From Vulcanimicrobiota bacterium (GTDB taxonomy: Bacteria; Vulcanimicrobiota; Vulcanimicrobiia; Vulcanimicrobiales; Vulcanimicrobiaceae): DNA of 64,000 nucleotides. The notes below the pieces were generated by a model. That model was not told the origin of the DNA and searched no databases. It saw nothing but the letters and a program-made list of their open reading frames with translations. The DNA lies in the NCBI GenBank assembly GCA_963795855.1, contig CAWCIZ010000004.1, positions 250,864-314,863 on the forward strand. Reading direction: 5' to 3'. Both the position numbers and the translations under genes were made by a program. This document shows, piece after piece, positions 32,038 through 42,151 of the stretch (position 1 is the first letter of the stretch; the number at the start of each line of letters is the position of its first letter).

Positions 32038-33275
32038 TCGTACAGCAAATACTTCGCGCGGATCGTCATGAAGCGTGCGAGTGCGGGCTGCCAGCGCGCC
32101 TCGATGACGTCGGCGCGCTCGGCCCGCTTGCAACCCATTGCCAGTACGTCCGTGCCCCAATCGATCTTGTCTTCAGCGGCGCGCCTTCGATGCGAGCATC
32201 ATGCGGGTCGAAATGTCGCGCAGCGCGGTCAGCAACTTCCACCGCCGTCCGAACCGACGGAAAAACGCGCGGCTCGAACACGTCGAGTTCCACGCCCGCG
32301 AATTGCCGATCTCTGCGCGTCGCCGAAGAACGGCGACCAATAAGCGGGACGGAAATAGACGCCGGGAAGGCTGCGTTCGTTCGAGCACTGCGCAAACCGG
32401 TACGCATCCAAGCCGGGCGCGCCGGCATACTTGAACGGTTTCGTCGTGCCGATGCCGCCGTTCAGGCCGGCGTTGTCGACAAGTCCGGTGCAGGGATAGA
32501 CGACCGCCGTGCTCCATTCGGGAATGTTCGGCGAGGTCTGCACCCACTGCAAGCCCGTTTCGGGCCAGAGCATCGAGCGGTGCCATCCCGTCATCGCGAC
32601 GACGCGCAACTTCGCGCCGATTCCGAAATGGTCGTTGAAGAGCTCGCGCGAGCTCGCCGACGGTCATTCCGTGACGCATCGGCGATCGGATACAAGCCGA
32701 TGAACGACTTGAAGCGCGGGTCGAGCACCGGGCCTTCGACGAGTTCGCCGCCGATCGGGTTGGGACGGTCGAGAACCCAAATCTCTTTGCCGTACTGCTT
32801 GGCCGCTTCCATCGCATAGGCCATCGTCGAAACGAACGTGTACGGGCGCGCGCCGACGTCTTGAATGTCGAAGAGCAGAACGTCGACTCCCTCGAGCATC
32901 TTCGCCGTCGGGTGGCGCTGCGGCCCGTACAAACTGTGCACCGGCAAGCCGGTACGCGCGTCGGCGTACGATGGGACGTAGGCGCCGGCGGGCCGGTCGC
33001 CGCGCAAGTCCGTGTTCGGGCGAATAGATCGCCTTCATGCAGACGTCGTGCCTTTCGCCGGATCGCGTCGACGACGTTGACCAGACGCGAAGTGACGCCG
33101 GTTTGATTCGTGATGATGCCGACGCAACGGCCGTGCAGATCGCTCCAAGCCGACTGCAGAAAGACTTCGTCGCCCAGTACGACGTTCGCGCGGCGGCACG
33201 TACCGGCTCGCGCGGAGCAACGCTCGCAGCGCCAGCACGCGAATGCCGCGACGCAGCGGCGAGACGTCGAATGCC
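32034..33275 (-). CDS. namZ: Exo-beta-N-acetylmuramidase NamZ (DUF1343); multiple indels
   Basis: 'VGIITNQTG', 'SPEHG', 'FDIQDVGARPYTF', 'LDRPNPIGG', 'RHGMTVGELA', 'TSPNIP', ends YLLYD*. Confidence 0.87.
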
Positions 33276-33278
33276 GAG

Positions 33279-34129
33279 CTAAACAAAAACGGCCTCCGTC
33301 GCTTCCGGAATGATGCTGCGCGTCGTGCGCGCGGCGGAAGAGTTCGTTCACCGCGCGCGATGCCTCGCTCGCCCACGTCGTCGCTGAATTCGTTGACGTA
33401 CGTAGTCGATATGCTTGCGCATGACGTCTTCGCTCATCTCGGTCGCGTGTTCGCGCACGTACTTCATGACTTCGCGTTCGTTCTCGCGCGCGAAGCGCAA
33501 GCTGCGGCGGATCGCTTCGTTCGATGCGGCGTCGCGATCGTCGTTGAAATCCGTCGCGAACAGAATCGCTCCGAGCGGTATCGGCATGCCCGGTTTGCGA
33601 TTCCCACCAATCGCCCAGATCGGCGACTGCAACGAGCCCGCGTTCTTGGTACGTGAATCGGGACTCGTGGATGATGAGACCCGCGTCGGCCGTGCCGTTC
33701 GGCAACGGCATCGACGATGCGATCGAAGCGCATCGCGACCGTTTGCGGCCGATATCCCATAGCCAGCCGCAGGAGCATGAACGCCGTCGTCATTTCGCCC
33801 GGAATCGCGATGAGACTTGGTCGCGGAAATCTTCGAGCGTGCTCACCGCGTCCCGGTCGCGCGACGAGCAGCGGCCCGCAGCCGCGTCCCAGCGCTCCGC
33901 CGGCGCGCAGGATGCGGTAGTTCTCCATCAGCAGCGGGATTGCGCCGTAGCTGACTTTCGTGAGTTCGTAGTCCGCTTTGAGCGCGGAGTTGTTGAGATT
34001 CTCGACGTCTTCGAGTTGAACGCGCACGGCCGGCGCGTCGTCAAGCAATCCGTTCGTCAGCGCGGCGAAGATGTACGTGTCGTTCGGACACGGCGAATAT
34101 GCAAGCGTCAAAGCTGCGGTGCCGATCAT
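33279..34129 (-). CDS. mqnD: 1,4-dihydroxy-6-naphthoate synthase; indels
   Basis: 'LAYSPCPNDTYIF', 'GGALGRGCGPL', 'IIHESRFTY', 'DLGDWWE', 'PIPLG', 'HID.YV'. Confidence 0.9.
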
Positions 34130-34728
34130 GCTTCCGGCAAGCGAGGAAAGCAAGCTGTCAGAATGGTTTCGGCTCCGCGCACTCCGGCAGCGAAATCCCA
34201 GCGGCTGCGCTGCGCTCGCAAACGATGTTGGATATTCCCCGCACTTCGATCGCCGGCACGGCGGCGATTTCCGCCGCGCGAAGGACCGCGAAGCCTTCCA
34301 TGCTTTCGACGCCCACGCCGTACGCGGCAAGGCGAGCAGCACGTGCGGTCGGTCGCCGTAACGCGCGGAACCGTGATGCCGCGCACGCTGCGGAAACCCA
34401 ACTCGACGAGCCGATCGACCAGCGTGAGATCGGAGCCTGCGCGGTCGACGACGCGCGCCTCATCCGGCAGTGCGATCGCGCTCCCGTCTCGAGATCGAGT
34501 TCGAACAGCTCGTCGGTCACGACGACGCCTTCGCCCACTTCCGCCGCGCCCTCGAACGCGCCGGCGATGCCCGCATTGATGACCAGATCGTACGCTGCTT
34601 TGCGCGAGCGCGCGGGAAACGCAAGAGGCCGCTTCCACCGGGCCGACGCCCGTCACCAGCATTTCGACGTGCGGCGGCGGCCGGAAAAACGCGAGTTCCT
34701 TGCCGACCGCGCACGTGACGAGAATCAC
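34126..34728 (-). CDS. mqnB: Futalosine hydrolase (PNP/UDP family); indels
   Basis: 'TGVGPVEAA', 'GIAGAF', 'ESMEGFAV', 'EVRGISNIV'; adjacent to mqnD. Confidence 0.82.
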   Translation of the reverse strand: MILVTCAVGKELAFFRPPPHVEMLVTGVGPVEAASCVSRALAQSSVRSGHQCGHRRRVRGRGGSGRRRRRDRRAVRTRSRDGSAIALPDEARVVDRAGSDLTLVDRLVELGFRSVRGITVPRVTATDRTCCSPCRVRRGRRKHGRLRGPSRGGNRRRAGDRSAGNIQHRLRAQRSRWDFAAGVRGAETILTACFPRLPEA

Positions 34729-34729
34729 A

Positions 34730-35308
34730 CTACGGCACGCCGATGAGCTTATGCGTCTGCAGCGAGAGGCGGAAGACGGGCGGGATGCGCTTTGCGTACT
34801 CCAGCGCAAGCGCGACGTTTTGCGGTTTGTTTCCTTCGGGCTGCAGCAGCACCAGCGGTTTGTCGCGCGAACAGTTCGTCAGCCATTCCTCCGGAACGCG
34901 CCCGTCGACGATGAGTTTTACTTCGTTCGCGCGCCGAGCCATGCGATCGTCTACGCGTTCCTTCGGCGAGACGCACAGCCAAACGTCGTCCGGCAGCGCC
35001 GTGTAGAGCGTTCCGTTGGATTCGATGTGTACGCGCCGGCCGTCGCTTCGCAAGGCGTCGATCAGATCGAGCGCTTGGTTTTGCGCGAGCGGCTCGCCGC
35101 CGGTGAGAATGACCATCGGGCACTCTCCGCCGATCGCGCGAACGCGCGAAACGACGTCCGCAACCGTTGCAAAGAATTTTAGCGAATAATCGGTGTCGCA
35201 GAAATCGCACGACAAATTGCATCCCGCCAGACGCACGAAAACCGCAGGCGTTCCGGTGTACGCGCCCTCACCTTGGACGCTGTAAAAAATCTCGGCAAGT
35301 TGCAGCAT
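34730..35308 (-). CDS. queE: 7-carboxy-7-deazaguanine synthase (radical SAM)
   Basis: 'EIFYSVQGEG', CNLSCDFCDT, 'TGGEP', 'IESNG', 'SPK', 'LSLQTHK'. Confidence 0.94.
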   Translation of the reverse strand: MLQLAEIFYSVQGEGAYTGTPAVFVRLAGCNLSCDFCDTDYSLKFFATVADVVSRVRAIGGECPMVILTGGEPLAQNQALDLIDALRSDGRRVHIESNGTLYTALPDDVWLCVSPKERVDDRMARRANEVKLIVDGRVPEEWLTNCSRDKPLVLLQPEGNKPQNVALALEYAKRIPPVFRLSLQTHKLIGVP

Positions 35309-35672
35309 CAGTGGAGATCGCTCCTGCGCAGCACCGCGCATGAGGTCGCGGTTTCCCACAGCACCAGTTCGTCGAGACCGGGCAATGCCGGGCGCAAGCG
35401 CTCCCAGACCCAAGCGACGATGCGTTCGCAGGTGGGGTTTTCCATCAGTTCGTTCAGCGACGTGTGATCGAGCACGTCGAGTATTTCGCCGTGAACGACG
35501 GCGCGCACCGTGTCGAAATCCTCGATCATCCCGCGGGCCGGGCCGTCCGTTTGAATCGGCCCCGCAACGCGACCTCGAGCCGGTACGAGTGGCCGTGCGG
35601 CCGGGCGCACTTGCCTTCGTGATAAGGGAGAACGTGCGCCGCCTCGAACCGGAAAAGCTTACGAATCTGCAC
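35308..35672 (-). CDS. queD: 6-carboxytetrahydropterin synthase; indel near 35570
   Basis: 'FEAAHVLP.HEGKCARPHGHSYRLEV', 'LDHTSLN', 'NPTCE', 'LWET'. Confidence 0.92.
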
Positions 35673-35790
35673 GACAATCGAACTTCGAGGTAGGCCGTCC
35701 CGTGAGCCTTCGCTTCAACCGGCCGGAACTCGTGGTGACCGCCGTGCCGGCGAGGCCGCCCCCGGCGAACCGCTGATTCTGCCCTGCGCC
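35673..35790 (-). promoter_or_regulatory. Candidate structured 5' leader (possible riboswitch) of the queD-queE operon
   Basis: About 135-nt non-coding gap directly upstream of queD, GC-rich with potential stems (AGGC...GCCT) close to the start codon. Confidence 0.35.
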
Positions 35791-35809
35791 GGCCGCGGCG
35801 ATTACGCAT

Positions 35810-36242
35810 TCAGGCATTCGACGACGCAACGGCGCAGCAAGACGGGCTGCGCGATCTGCGCCTCGCTCCCGACCTCCAGGATGGACTCATCAAACCCGTA
35901 CAACGCGCCAACCTCGCGGAGATCTTGAACCTGCGCTGAGGAGACGCTTCGTCGTCCCGCTTACACTGTGCCTCGGCGTAAGCCAAATAGTGACGTAGGT
36001 CCCCACGCAAAAAAGCAGGGTGCCGATGCGTACAGTGCCGGGCTTTTTAGGGAATAAGGATCGTTGTGAAGCACAATCCGTCGCTCGACCTGCTGCCCAA
36101 GGATTGGCATCTCCGGAAGACCGCCCGCCTGCGGGAGCGAGCCGAATCGCTCGCGCTGCTGCTCGCGATAGCGGCTTTTTGGGTCATCGTCTTCACGCTG
36201 AATTTCTTCGTCGGTCAGTCGTCGCAGCCGCTGATCCGCTAG
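35810..36242 (-). CDS. Hypothetical protein; probably frameshifted
   Basis: 'ADQRLRRLTDEEIQREDDDP...' after SD-like AAAGG; overlapping ORF fragments 35961-36362 and 35810-36010. Confidence 0.45.
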
Positions 36243-36256
36243 CGCACCTTTTTCGC

Positions 36257-37636
36257 CTAGAGAACGCCGTCCGGGCCCATTGTCTCCAGGCGTTTTTTGA
36301 GATCCGCCAGGAAGCCGCTCGCGACGTATCCGTCGACGACGCGATGATCGAGCGAGAGGCACACGTTCATCATCTGCCGGATCGCAATTGCGTCGTCTGC
36401 GGTGACGACGGGCTTCTTGACGACCGTTTCCATCGTGACGATTCCCGCTTGTCCGCCGTTGATGATCGGCGCCGATGCATACGATCCGTTTGCGCCGTTG
36501 TTGTTCACGGTGAACGTTCCGCCTTGCAGATCGTCCGCGCTCAGTTTACTGCGGCGCGCGCGATCGATCAGATCGGCCGACGCGAGCGCGATGCCTTTGA
36601 TCGAAAGTTTGTCGCTGTTTTTCACGACGGGCACTACGAGGTTCGTCGGCAGGCCGATCGCGATTCCGACGTTCACCGCCTTTTCGACGAAGATGCCTTC
36701 GGGCGTGAACTTGGCGTTCATCAGCGGAAATACCGAGAGCGATTCGACGACGGCACGGATGAAGAAGGGCAGCAGCGTGAGTTTGTAGCCGGTCTCGCGC
36801 TCGAAGCGGTCTTTCTCGCGCGCGCGCCACTTCCACACGTTGGTGACGTCGACTTCCACCATCGACCATGCGTGCGGCGCGGTGCGTTTGCTCTCCACCA
36901 TGCGTTCGGCGATGATTCGCCGCGCCGAATTGAGCGGAATCAGCGTGCCGGGAACGGGGTCGCCGTAAGTGCTCGTACCGGCCGCGGCAGCAGCGGCGGG
37001 CGCGGCGGTGGCGGCAAAGTTGGTTCCGACGCTGATGGCTTGTCCGACGGCAGCCGCGGGGCCCATACGCGCGGCGGTAAGCACGTCTTGCGCGGTTACG
37101 CGCCCGTTGGCGCCGCTGCCGCGCAGCGTGCGAATGTCGATGTGATGCTCGCGCGCCAGTTTTCGCACCGCAGGCGAGGCTCCACGCAGGGCTGCGTCGG
37201 CCGCGGCGCCGTTGCCCGACGGTACGGTTGCGTGTCCGTTCGAAACCGGCGCCGACGGCGTCGCGTGTTTCACCGGCATCTCCGGCAGATTGAAGCCGGG
37301 CACGGGTTCCAAATTCGCGCTCTGCGCCATCGCCGTTGAGGACTTCGGCGGTTCGGCGGCGGGCGCAGGCGATTGAGCGGGAGCTGCGCCTGCGGAAGCC
37401 ACCTCATCGATGACGGCGATCGGCGTGCCGGTCGCAACGGTCGTGCCTTCGGCAACCAGTATTTCCCGGATCGTGCCCGTCACCGGGGCGGGAACTTCGG
37501 AATTCACTTTGTCGGTGGAGACTTCAACGAACGCTTCGTATTTGTCGACGGCTTCGCCGGCTTTCTTGAGCCAGCGCTCCACCGTGCCTTCCGTAACCGT
37601 TTCGCCGAGTTGCGGCATCGTGATTGTGGTAGCCAT
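36257..37636 (-). CDS. 2-oxoacid dehydrogenase E2 dihydrolipoamide acyltransferase (BkdB-like)
   Basis: Lipoyl motif 'EVSTDKVNSEVP', E3-binding 'ASPAVRKLARE', catalytic 'DHRVVDG'. Confidence 0.94.
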   Translation of the reverse strand: MATTITMPQLGETVTEGTVERWLKKAGEAVDKYEAFVEVSTDKVNSEVPAPVTGTIREILVAEGTTVATGTPIAVIDEVASAGAAPAQSPAPAAEPPKSSTAMAQSANLEPVPGFNLPEMPVKHATPSAPVSNGHATVPSGNGAAADAALRGASPAVRKLAREHHIDIRTLRGSGANGRVTAQDVLTAARMGPAAAVGQAISVGTNFAATAAPAAAAAAGTSTYGDPVPGTLIPLNSARRIIAERMVESKRTAPHAWSMVEVDVTNVWKWRAREKDRFERETGYKLTLLPFFIRAVVESLSVFPLMNAKFTPEGIFVEKAVNVGIAIGLPTNLVVPVVKNSDKLSIKGIALASADLIDRARRSKLSADDLQGGTFTVNNNGANGSYASAPIINGGQAGIVTMETVVKKPVVTADDAIAIRQMMNVCLSLDHRVVDGYVASGFLADLKKRLETMGPDGVL

Positions 37637-37816
37637 AGATCTACTTTACATCCTCGCGTGCGGCGCTTACGACAAGCATCCTGGAATTTCCAATATTTTC
37701 GCGCAAACCAGGGATGGTTTCTTCAGCGCTTGCGTCCGCGAAAATTTCGGTAAGCGCGAATGTTCTATGGAGGGAACGTTTGCAGCGGTTCCGGGATGCT
37801 CGTTGTAAGTGACGCA

Positions 37817-38821
37817 TCAAAACTTCGCCAGATCGCGCATCGCGTCGGCCATCGCCGCCGGCGAACTCATGTATTCTTCCTCGAGCGGTAGCGCGTAGCC
37901 CATTGCGGGAACGTCCGGCGCGCAGAGCCGGCGAATCGGTGCGTCGAGTTCGAACAGCGCTTCCTCGGCGACCATCGCGCTAATCTCCGCGCCGACGCCG
38001 CCGAACTTGTTGTCTTCGTGAATGACGAGCAGTTTGCGCGTCTTCCGCACGCTCTCCAAAATGGCCGTGCGATCCATCGGGCGGATCGAGCGCAGATCGA
38101 TCACTTCGACGGAGACGCCCTCCTGCTCCAAAGCGTTCGCGGCTTCGAGGGCCCAATGCACGTACAGCCCGTAGGAAACGACGGTCAGATGCGTGCCGGA
38201 TCTCTTCACGTCCGCTTTGCCGATCGGAATCGTGTAATGTCCCGTCGGCACTTCGCCCTTGATGAGGCGGTACGTTTTCTTGTGCTCGAGGAACAATACG
38301 GGATCCGGATCGTCTATTGCAGCGTTGAGCAAGCCTTTGACGTCCGCCGGGAACGCGGGAGCGACGATCTTCAAACCGGGCACGTGATAGAACAGCGCTT
38401 CAATCGAAACGGAATGCGAGAGCGCGCCGCGAACGCCGCCGCCGTACGGCGTGCGAATCACGAGCGGGCAGGTGTACTCGCCGTTCGAACGGTACCGCGT
38501 TTTCGCCGCTTCTCCGACGATTTGATTGAACGCCGGATAGATGAAGTCGGCGAATTGAATCTCGGCGATCGGACGCAGCCCTTCCATCGCCATGCCGACG
38601 GCGATACCGACGATAGACGCTTCGGCGATGGGGGTGTCGATGACGCGGCGCGCGCCGAATTCCTTGATGAAATCTTTGGTGATGAGGAAGACGTTGCCGC
38701 GCGCACCCACGTCTTCACCCAGGATGACGGTGCGCTCGTCGCTTTTCATCGCTTCGTACAGCGTTTGGCGCACCGCCTCGACGTTGTTCAGAATTTCGGA
38801 CGTGCTTTGCGCTACTGCCAC
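37817..38821 (-). CDS. 2-oxoacid (branched-chain type) dehydrogenase E1 beta subunit
   Basis: 'GEDVG', 'DTPIAE', 'EIQFADF', 'HSVSIEA', 'EHKKTY', 'VIDLRS'. Confidence 0.94.
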   Translation of the reverse strand: MAVAQSTSEILNNVEAVRQTLYEAMKSDERTVILGEDVGARGNVFLITKDFIKEFGARRVIDTPIAEASIVGIAVGMAMEGLRPIAEIQFADFIYPAFNQIVGEAAKTRYRSNGEYTCPLVIRTPYGGGVRGALSHSVSIEALFYHVPGLKIVAPAFPADVKGLLNAAIDDPDPVLFLEHKKTYRLIKGEVPTGHYTIPIGKADVKRSGTHLTVVSYGLYVHWALEAANALEQEGVSVEVIDLRSIRPMDRTAILESVRKTRKLLVIHEDNKFGGVGAEISAMVAEEALFELDAPIRRLCAPDVPAMGYALPLEEEYMSSPAAMADAMRDLAKF

Positions 38822-39840
38822 GGTTCCCAAGCCCCTTCGTAGAGATGTTCGTACAAATCGCCGGCCTCGGGATACGGCTTTGCCTCGGCTTCGTCGGTCG
38901 CTTCGTTCGTCTCGCGCAGAACGTCTTTTCGCATCGCGTCGACGTCCTCGGCCGTCATCACGCCCGTTTCGATCAGCAAATGCTCGAATCGCGGCACGGG
39001 GTCGTGTTTGCGGTGTTCGACGACCTCGTCCTTCGTGCGATACGTCATGTCGTTGTCGTCGGTCGAGTGCGCGAGATAGCGATAGCACACGCCTTCGACC
39101 AGCGTGGGCCCCCCGCCGCCGCGCGCGCGTTCCATAGCGCGATGCACCGCTGCGTAGGTGGCGATCGGATCGAACCCGTCGAACTGTTCGCCGGGCATGC
39201 CGTATCCTTCGGCGCGTTTGTAGATGTTCGGCTGGCCCATCTGCAGATCGAGCGGCGTCGAGATCGCCCACTGATTGTTTTCCACCAGCATCACGAGCGG
39301 CAGTTTGTGTACTGCGGCGAAATTCATGGATTCGTGCCACTCGCCTTCGCTGGTCGTGCCGTCGCCGCACGTGACCAGCACGGCGCGTCCCGTTTCCCCG
39401 CGGTACTTTAGCGCATACGCCGCGCCGACTGCATGCGGAATATGCGCCGCGAGAATCGAGGAAAACGACATCAGCCCGGCTTTTTTCGATGAATAGTGAT
39501 TGGGAAATTGCCGCCCGCCGTTGTGATCTTCGGCACGCGCGAAAATCGAGAGCATGATCTCGTAGGGCGTGAGTCCGATTCCCACTGCCAAGCCCAAATC
39601 GCGATAATACGGCGCGAGAATGTCCTTGCCGCGGTTGAAAGCCATTGCGGCGCCCGCCTGCAGCGCTTCGTGCCCCTCGCTGCCCAGCGCGAACGGCACC
39701 TTGCCTTGGCGGTTCAACTGAAAGCCGCGGTTGTCCAACTGGCGCTGAAGCAGCATCGTGCGGAAGATCGCCTTGAGCTGGTCGTCCGAGAGACCGTGCC
39801 GTTCGAGCGCTTTGGGCGCCTGCGGTTGCGTTTTTGCCAT
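38812..39840 (-). CDS. 2-oxoacid dehydrogenase E1 alpha subunit, downstream copy
   Basis: 'GHEA', 'PYYRD', 'GGRQFPNHY', ThDP motif GDG...ENN, 'HSTDD'. Confidence 0.94.
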   Translation of the reverse strand: MAKTQPQAPKALERHGLSDDQLKAIFRTMLLQRQLDNRGFQLNRQGKVPFALGSEGHEALQAGAAMAFNRGKDILAPYYRDLGLAVGIGLTPYEIMLSIFARAEDHNGGRQFPNHYSSKKAGLMSFSSILAAHIPHAVGAAYALKYRGETGRAVLVTCGDGTTSEGEWHESMNFAAVHKLPLVMLVENNQWAISTPLDLQMGQPNIYKRAEGYGMPGEQFDGFDPIATYAAVHRAMERARGGGGPTLVEGVCYRYLAHSTDDNDMTYRTKDEVVEHRKHDPVPRFEHLLIETGVMTAEDVDAMRKDVLRETNEATDEAEAKPYPEAGDLYEHLYEGAWEPWQ

Positions 39841-39901
39841 TATGTTTCCTGTTCAACTGCGGCCGAGCCTCCCCGGTGGAAAGAATCGCCAAGGCTCCCA
39901 A

Positions 39902-40930
39902 CTATTGCCATGGTTCCCACGGGCCTTCGTGCAGATTTGTGTAGAGGTCCTCGGGCCGCGGGTAGGGCATGGATTCGGCCCGGTCCGTGGCTTCGTTCGT
40001 TTCGGCGAGCACCGAAGACTTCAAGGCTTGCGCGCTCTCGGCGGTCAGAATACCGTGCTCCAGGAGAAAGCGTTCGAATCCGGGCACCGGATCGAGTTTA
40101 CGGCGTTCGTCGACCTCCTCGCGGCTGCGATACGTGCGGTCGTCGTCGTCGGTGGTATGAGCCAGGAAGCGGTAGCATTTGGCTTCGATGAGCGTGGGCC
40201 CGCCGCCGCGCCGCGCGCGGTCCAGAGCCTCCTTTGCCGCGGCATAGCACGCGAGCGGGTCGAAGCCGTCGACCAGCACGCCCGGCAGCCCGTAGCCCGC
40301 GGCCCGCTTATGGATGTCCGGCTGTCCCATCTGCCGCGCCAGCGGCGTGCTGATCGCCCACTCGTTGTTCTCGCAGAGGAAGACGACCGGGAGTTTGTGC
40401 ACCGTCGCGAAGTTGAGCGACTCGTGCCACTCGCCTTCGCTCGTGCATCCGTCCCCAAAAGTCGTGAGCACCGCCCGTCCCTGTTCGCCGCGGTATTTCA
40501 GCGCGTACGCAGCTCCAACGGCATGCGGCAACTGCGCGGCGATAACGGAGCTGATGCTGTGAATGCCGAGCCGTTTGCTCGCATAATGGTGCGGAAATTG
40601 CCGGCCCCCGCTCTGATCCGCGGCGCGTCCGAAAAGCGAGAGCAAGACTTCGTACGGCGAGAGTCCGACGCCTAAATCCAAACCCAAATCGCGGTAGTAC
40701 GGAACGAGAATGTCCCGGCCGCGTTCGAATGCCATGGCCGCGCCCGCCTGCACGGCTTCGTGTCCCTCGCCCGCGGATGCGAACGGAATCTTGCCTTGGC
40801 GGTTCAGCTCGAAACCGCGCGTCTCCAGGCGCCGGTGCATGAGCATCGTGCGCCAAATTGCGACGAGCTGCTCGTCGGAAAGCCCATGCCGCTCAAACGG
40901 CACTTTCGCGGTTTTCGTCTTGGGAGGCAC
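39902..40930 (-). CDS. 2-oxoacid dehydrogenase E1 alpha subunit, upstream copy
   Basis: Same motifs: 'PYYRD', 'GGRQFPHHY', GDG...ENN, 'HTTDD'; probable GTG start at 40930. Confidence 0.92.
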   Translation of the reverse strand: MPPKTKTAKVPFERHGLSDEQLVAIWRTMLMHRRLETRGFELNRQGKIPFASAGEGHEAVQAGAAMAFERGRDILVPYYRDLGLDLGVGLSPYEVLLSLFGRAADQSGGRQFPHHYASKRLGIHSISSVIAAQLPHAVGAAYALKYRGEQGRAVLTTFGDGCTSEGEWHESLNFATVHKLPVVFLCENNEWAISTPLARQMGQPDIHKRAAGYGLPGVLVDGFDPLACYAAAKEALDRARRGGGPTLIEAKCYRFLAHTTDDDDRTYRSREEVDERRKLDPVPGFERFLLEHGILTAESAQALKSSVLAETNEATDRAESMPYPRPEDLYTNLHEGPWEPWQ

Positions 40931-40990
40931 AGCCGAGCGTACTCGCTCGCGGCGAGGCCGAAATCCTGCGACCGTTGAACCGCGTAGGTC

Positions 40991-42151
40991 ATGATCGCCG
41001 CGAACCCCGTTCCGCTGGAAGACTTGACGCGCCATCGCCGCCATTTTCACATGCATCCGGAGCTCTCGCTCAAGGAGTTCGAGACCGCCGCGTACATCGA
41101 GCGGGAATTGCGCGCTCTGGAACTGGACGAGATTCGCAGCGGCGTGGGCGGCACTGGCGTTCTGGGCACGCTGCGCGGCAGCCGTTCAGGCCCCGTAACG
41201 CTGCTTCGCGCGGACATCGACGCGCTTCCCGTCACCGAAATCGCGAATGTCGAGTACAAATCCGAGAAGCCCGGCGTAATGCACGCATGCGGCCACGACG
41301 CGCACATCGCGATTTTGCTGTGCGCCGCCAAAGAGTTGGCGCACCGCCGCGCGGAGGTTCCGGGAACGCTCGTATTCTGTTTCCAGCCCGGCGAAGAAGG
41401 CTATGCCGGAAACAAACTCATGATCGAAGACGGCGCGCTCGAGAACCCTCGCGTCGATCGCTCATTTGCGCTGCACGTCTTCAGCGGATTGGAAGCCGGC
41501 AAGATCGGCGTGCGCGACGGCGCGTTTTTCGCTTCTTCGGACGAATTCCATCTGACGATTCGCGGGAAGGGCGGGCACGGCGCTATGCCGGAGCGCGCGA
41601 TCGATCCAATCGTCGCGGGCGCGCATTTCGTCACGATGCTGCAAACGATCGTCAGCCGTGAAATAGCGCCGAAAGACCCGGCGGTCTTTACGGTCGGAAA
41701 ATTTCATGCGGGCTCGACGTTCAACGTCATTCCGAACGAAGCGGAGATGGAAGGAACCGTGCGCAGCTTCGATCGTGAAATCCGCAAAACGATGCCGGAA
41801 CGGATGGAGCGCATTTTAGGCGGTCTGGCGCAGGCGATGCGCGTCGAGTACGACATGAAGTACCGGTACGGCTACCCGCCTACTGTGAACGATCCGGCGA
41901 TGAATGCGATCGTTCGCGAGGTCGGCGAAAGTATGCTCGGCGCGGACAACGTCGTGTTTCCTCACGACATCGTGATGTGGGCCGAGGACATGTCGTACAT
42001 GCTGGAAGAACGGCCGGGCGCGTACTTCATCGTAGGCGCGCGAGGGCCGGAACGCGGCCTGTTTCCGCAGCACAGCGCGAGCTACGACATCGACGAACGC
42101 GCGTTGGAAGTCGGCTACAAGATGATGCTGGGGCTAGGGCTGCACGGCTAA
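40991..42151 (+). CDS. M20D family amidohydrolase
   Basis: 'HMHPELS', 'RADIDALP', 'MHACGHDAH', 'FQPGEEG', 'GGHG', 'EDM'. Confidence 0.93.
   Translation: MIAANPVPLEDLTRHRRHFHMHPELSLKEFETAAYIERELRALELDEIRSGVGGTGVLGTLRGSRSGPVTLLRADIDALPVTEIANVEYKSEKPGVMHACGHDAHIAILLCAAKELAHRRAEVPGTLVFCFQPGEEGYAGNKLMIEDGALENPRVDRSFALHVFSGLEAGKIGVRDGAFFASSDEFHLTIRGKGGHGAMPERAIDPIVAGAHFVTMLQTIVSREIAPKDPAVFTVGKFHAGSTFNVIPNEAEMEGTVRSFDREIRKTMPERMERILGGLAQAMRVEYDMKYRYGYPPTVNDPAMNAIVREVGESMLGADNVVFPHDIVMWAEDMSYMLEERPGAYFIVGARGPERGLFPQHSASYDIDERALEVGYKMMLGLGLHG

Noticed and set aside
34730..35672. Dpd-type 7-deazaguanine DNA modification cluster
   Set aside because: No dpdA/tgt-like, helicase or other dpd genes nearby; ordinary queuosine synthesis is more likely.
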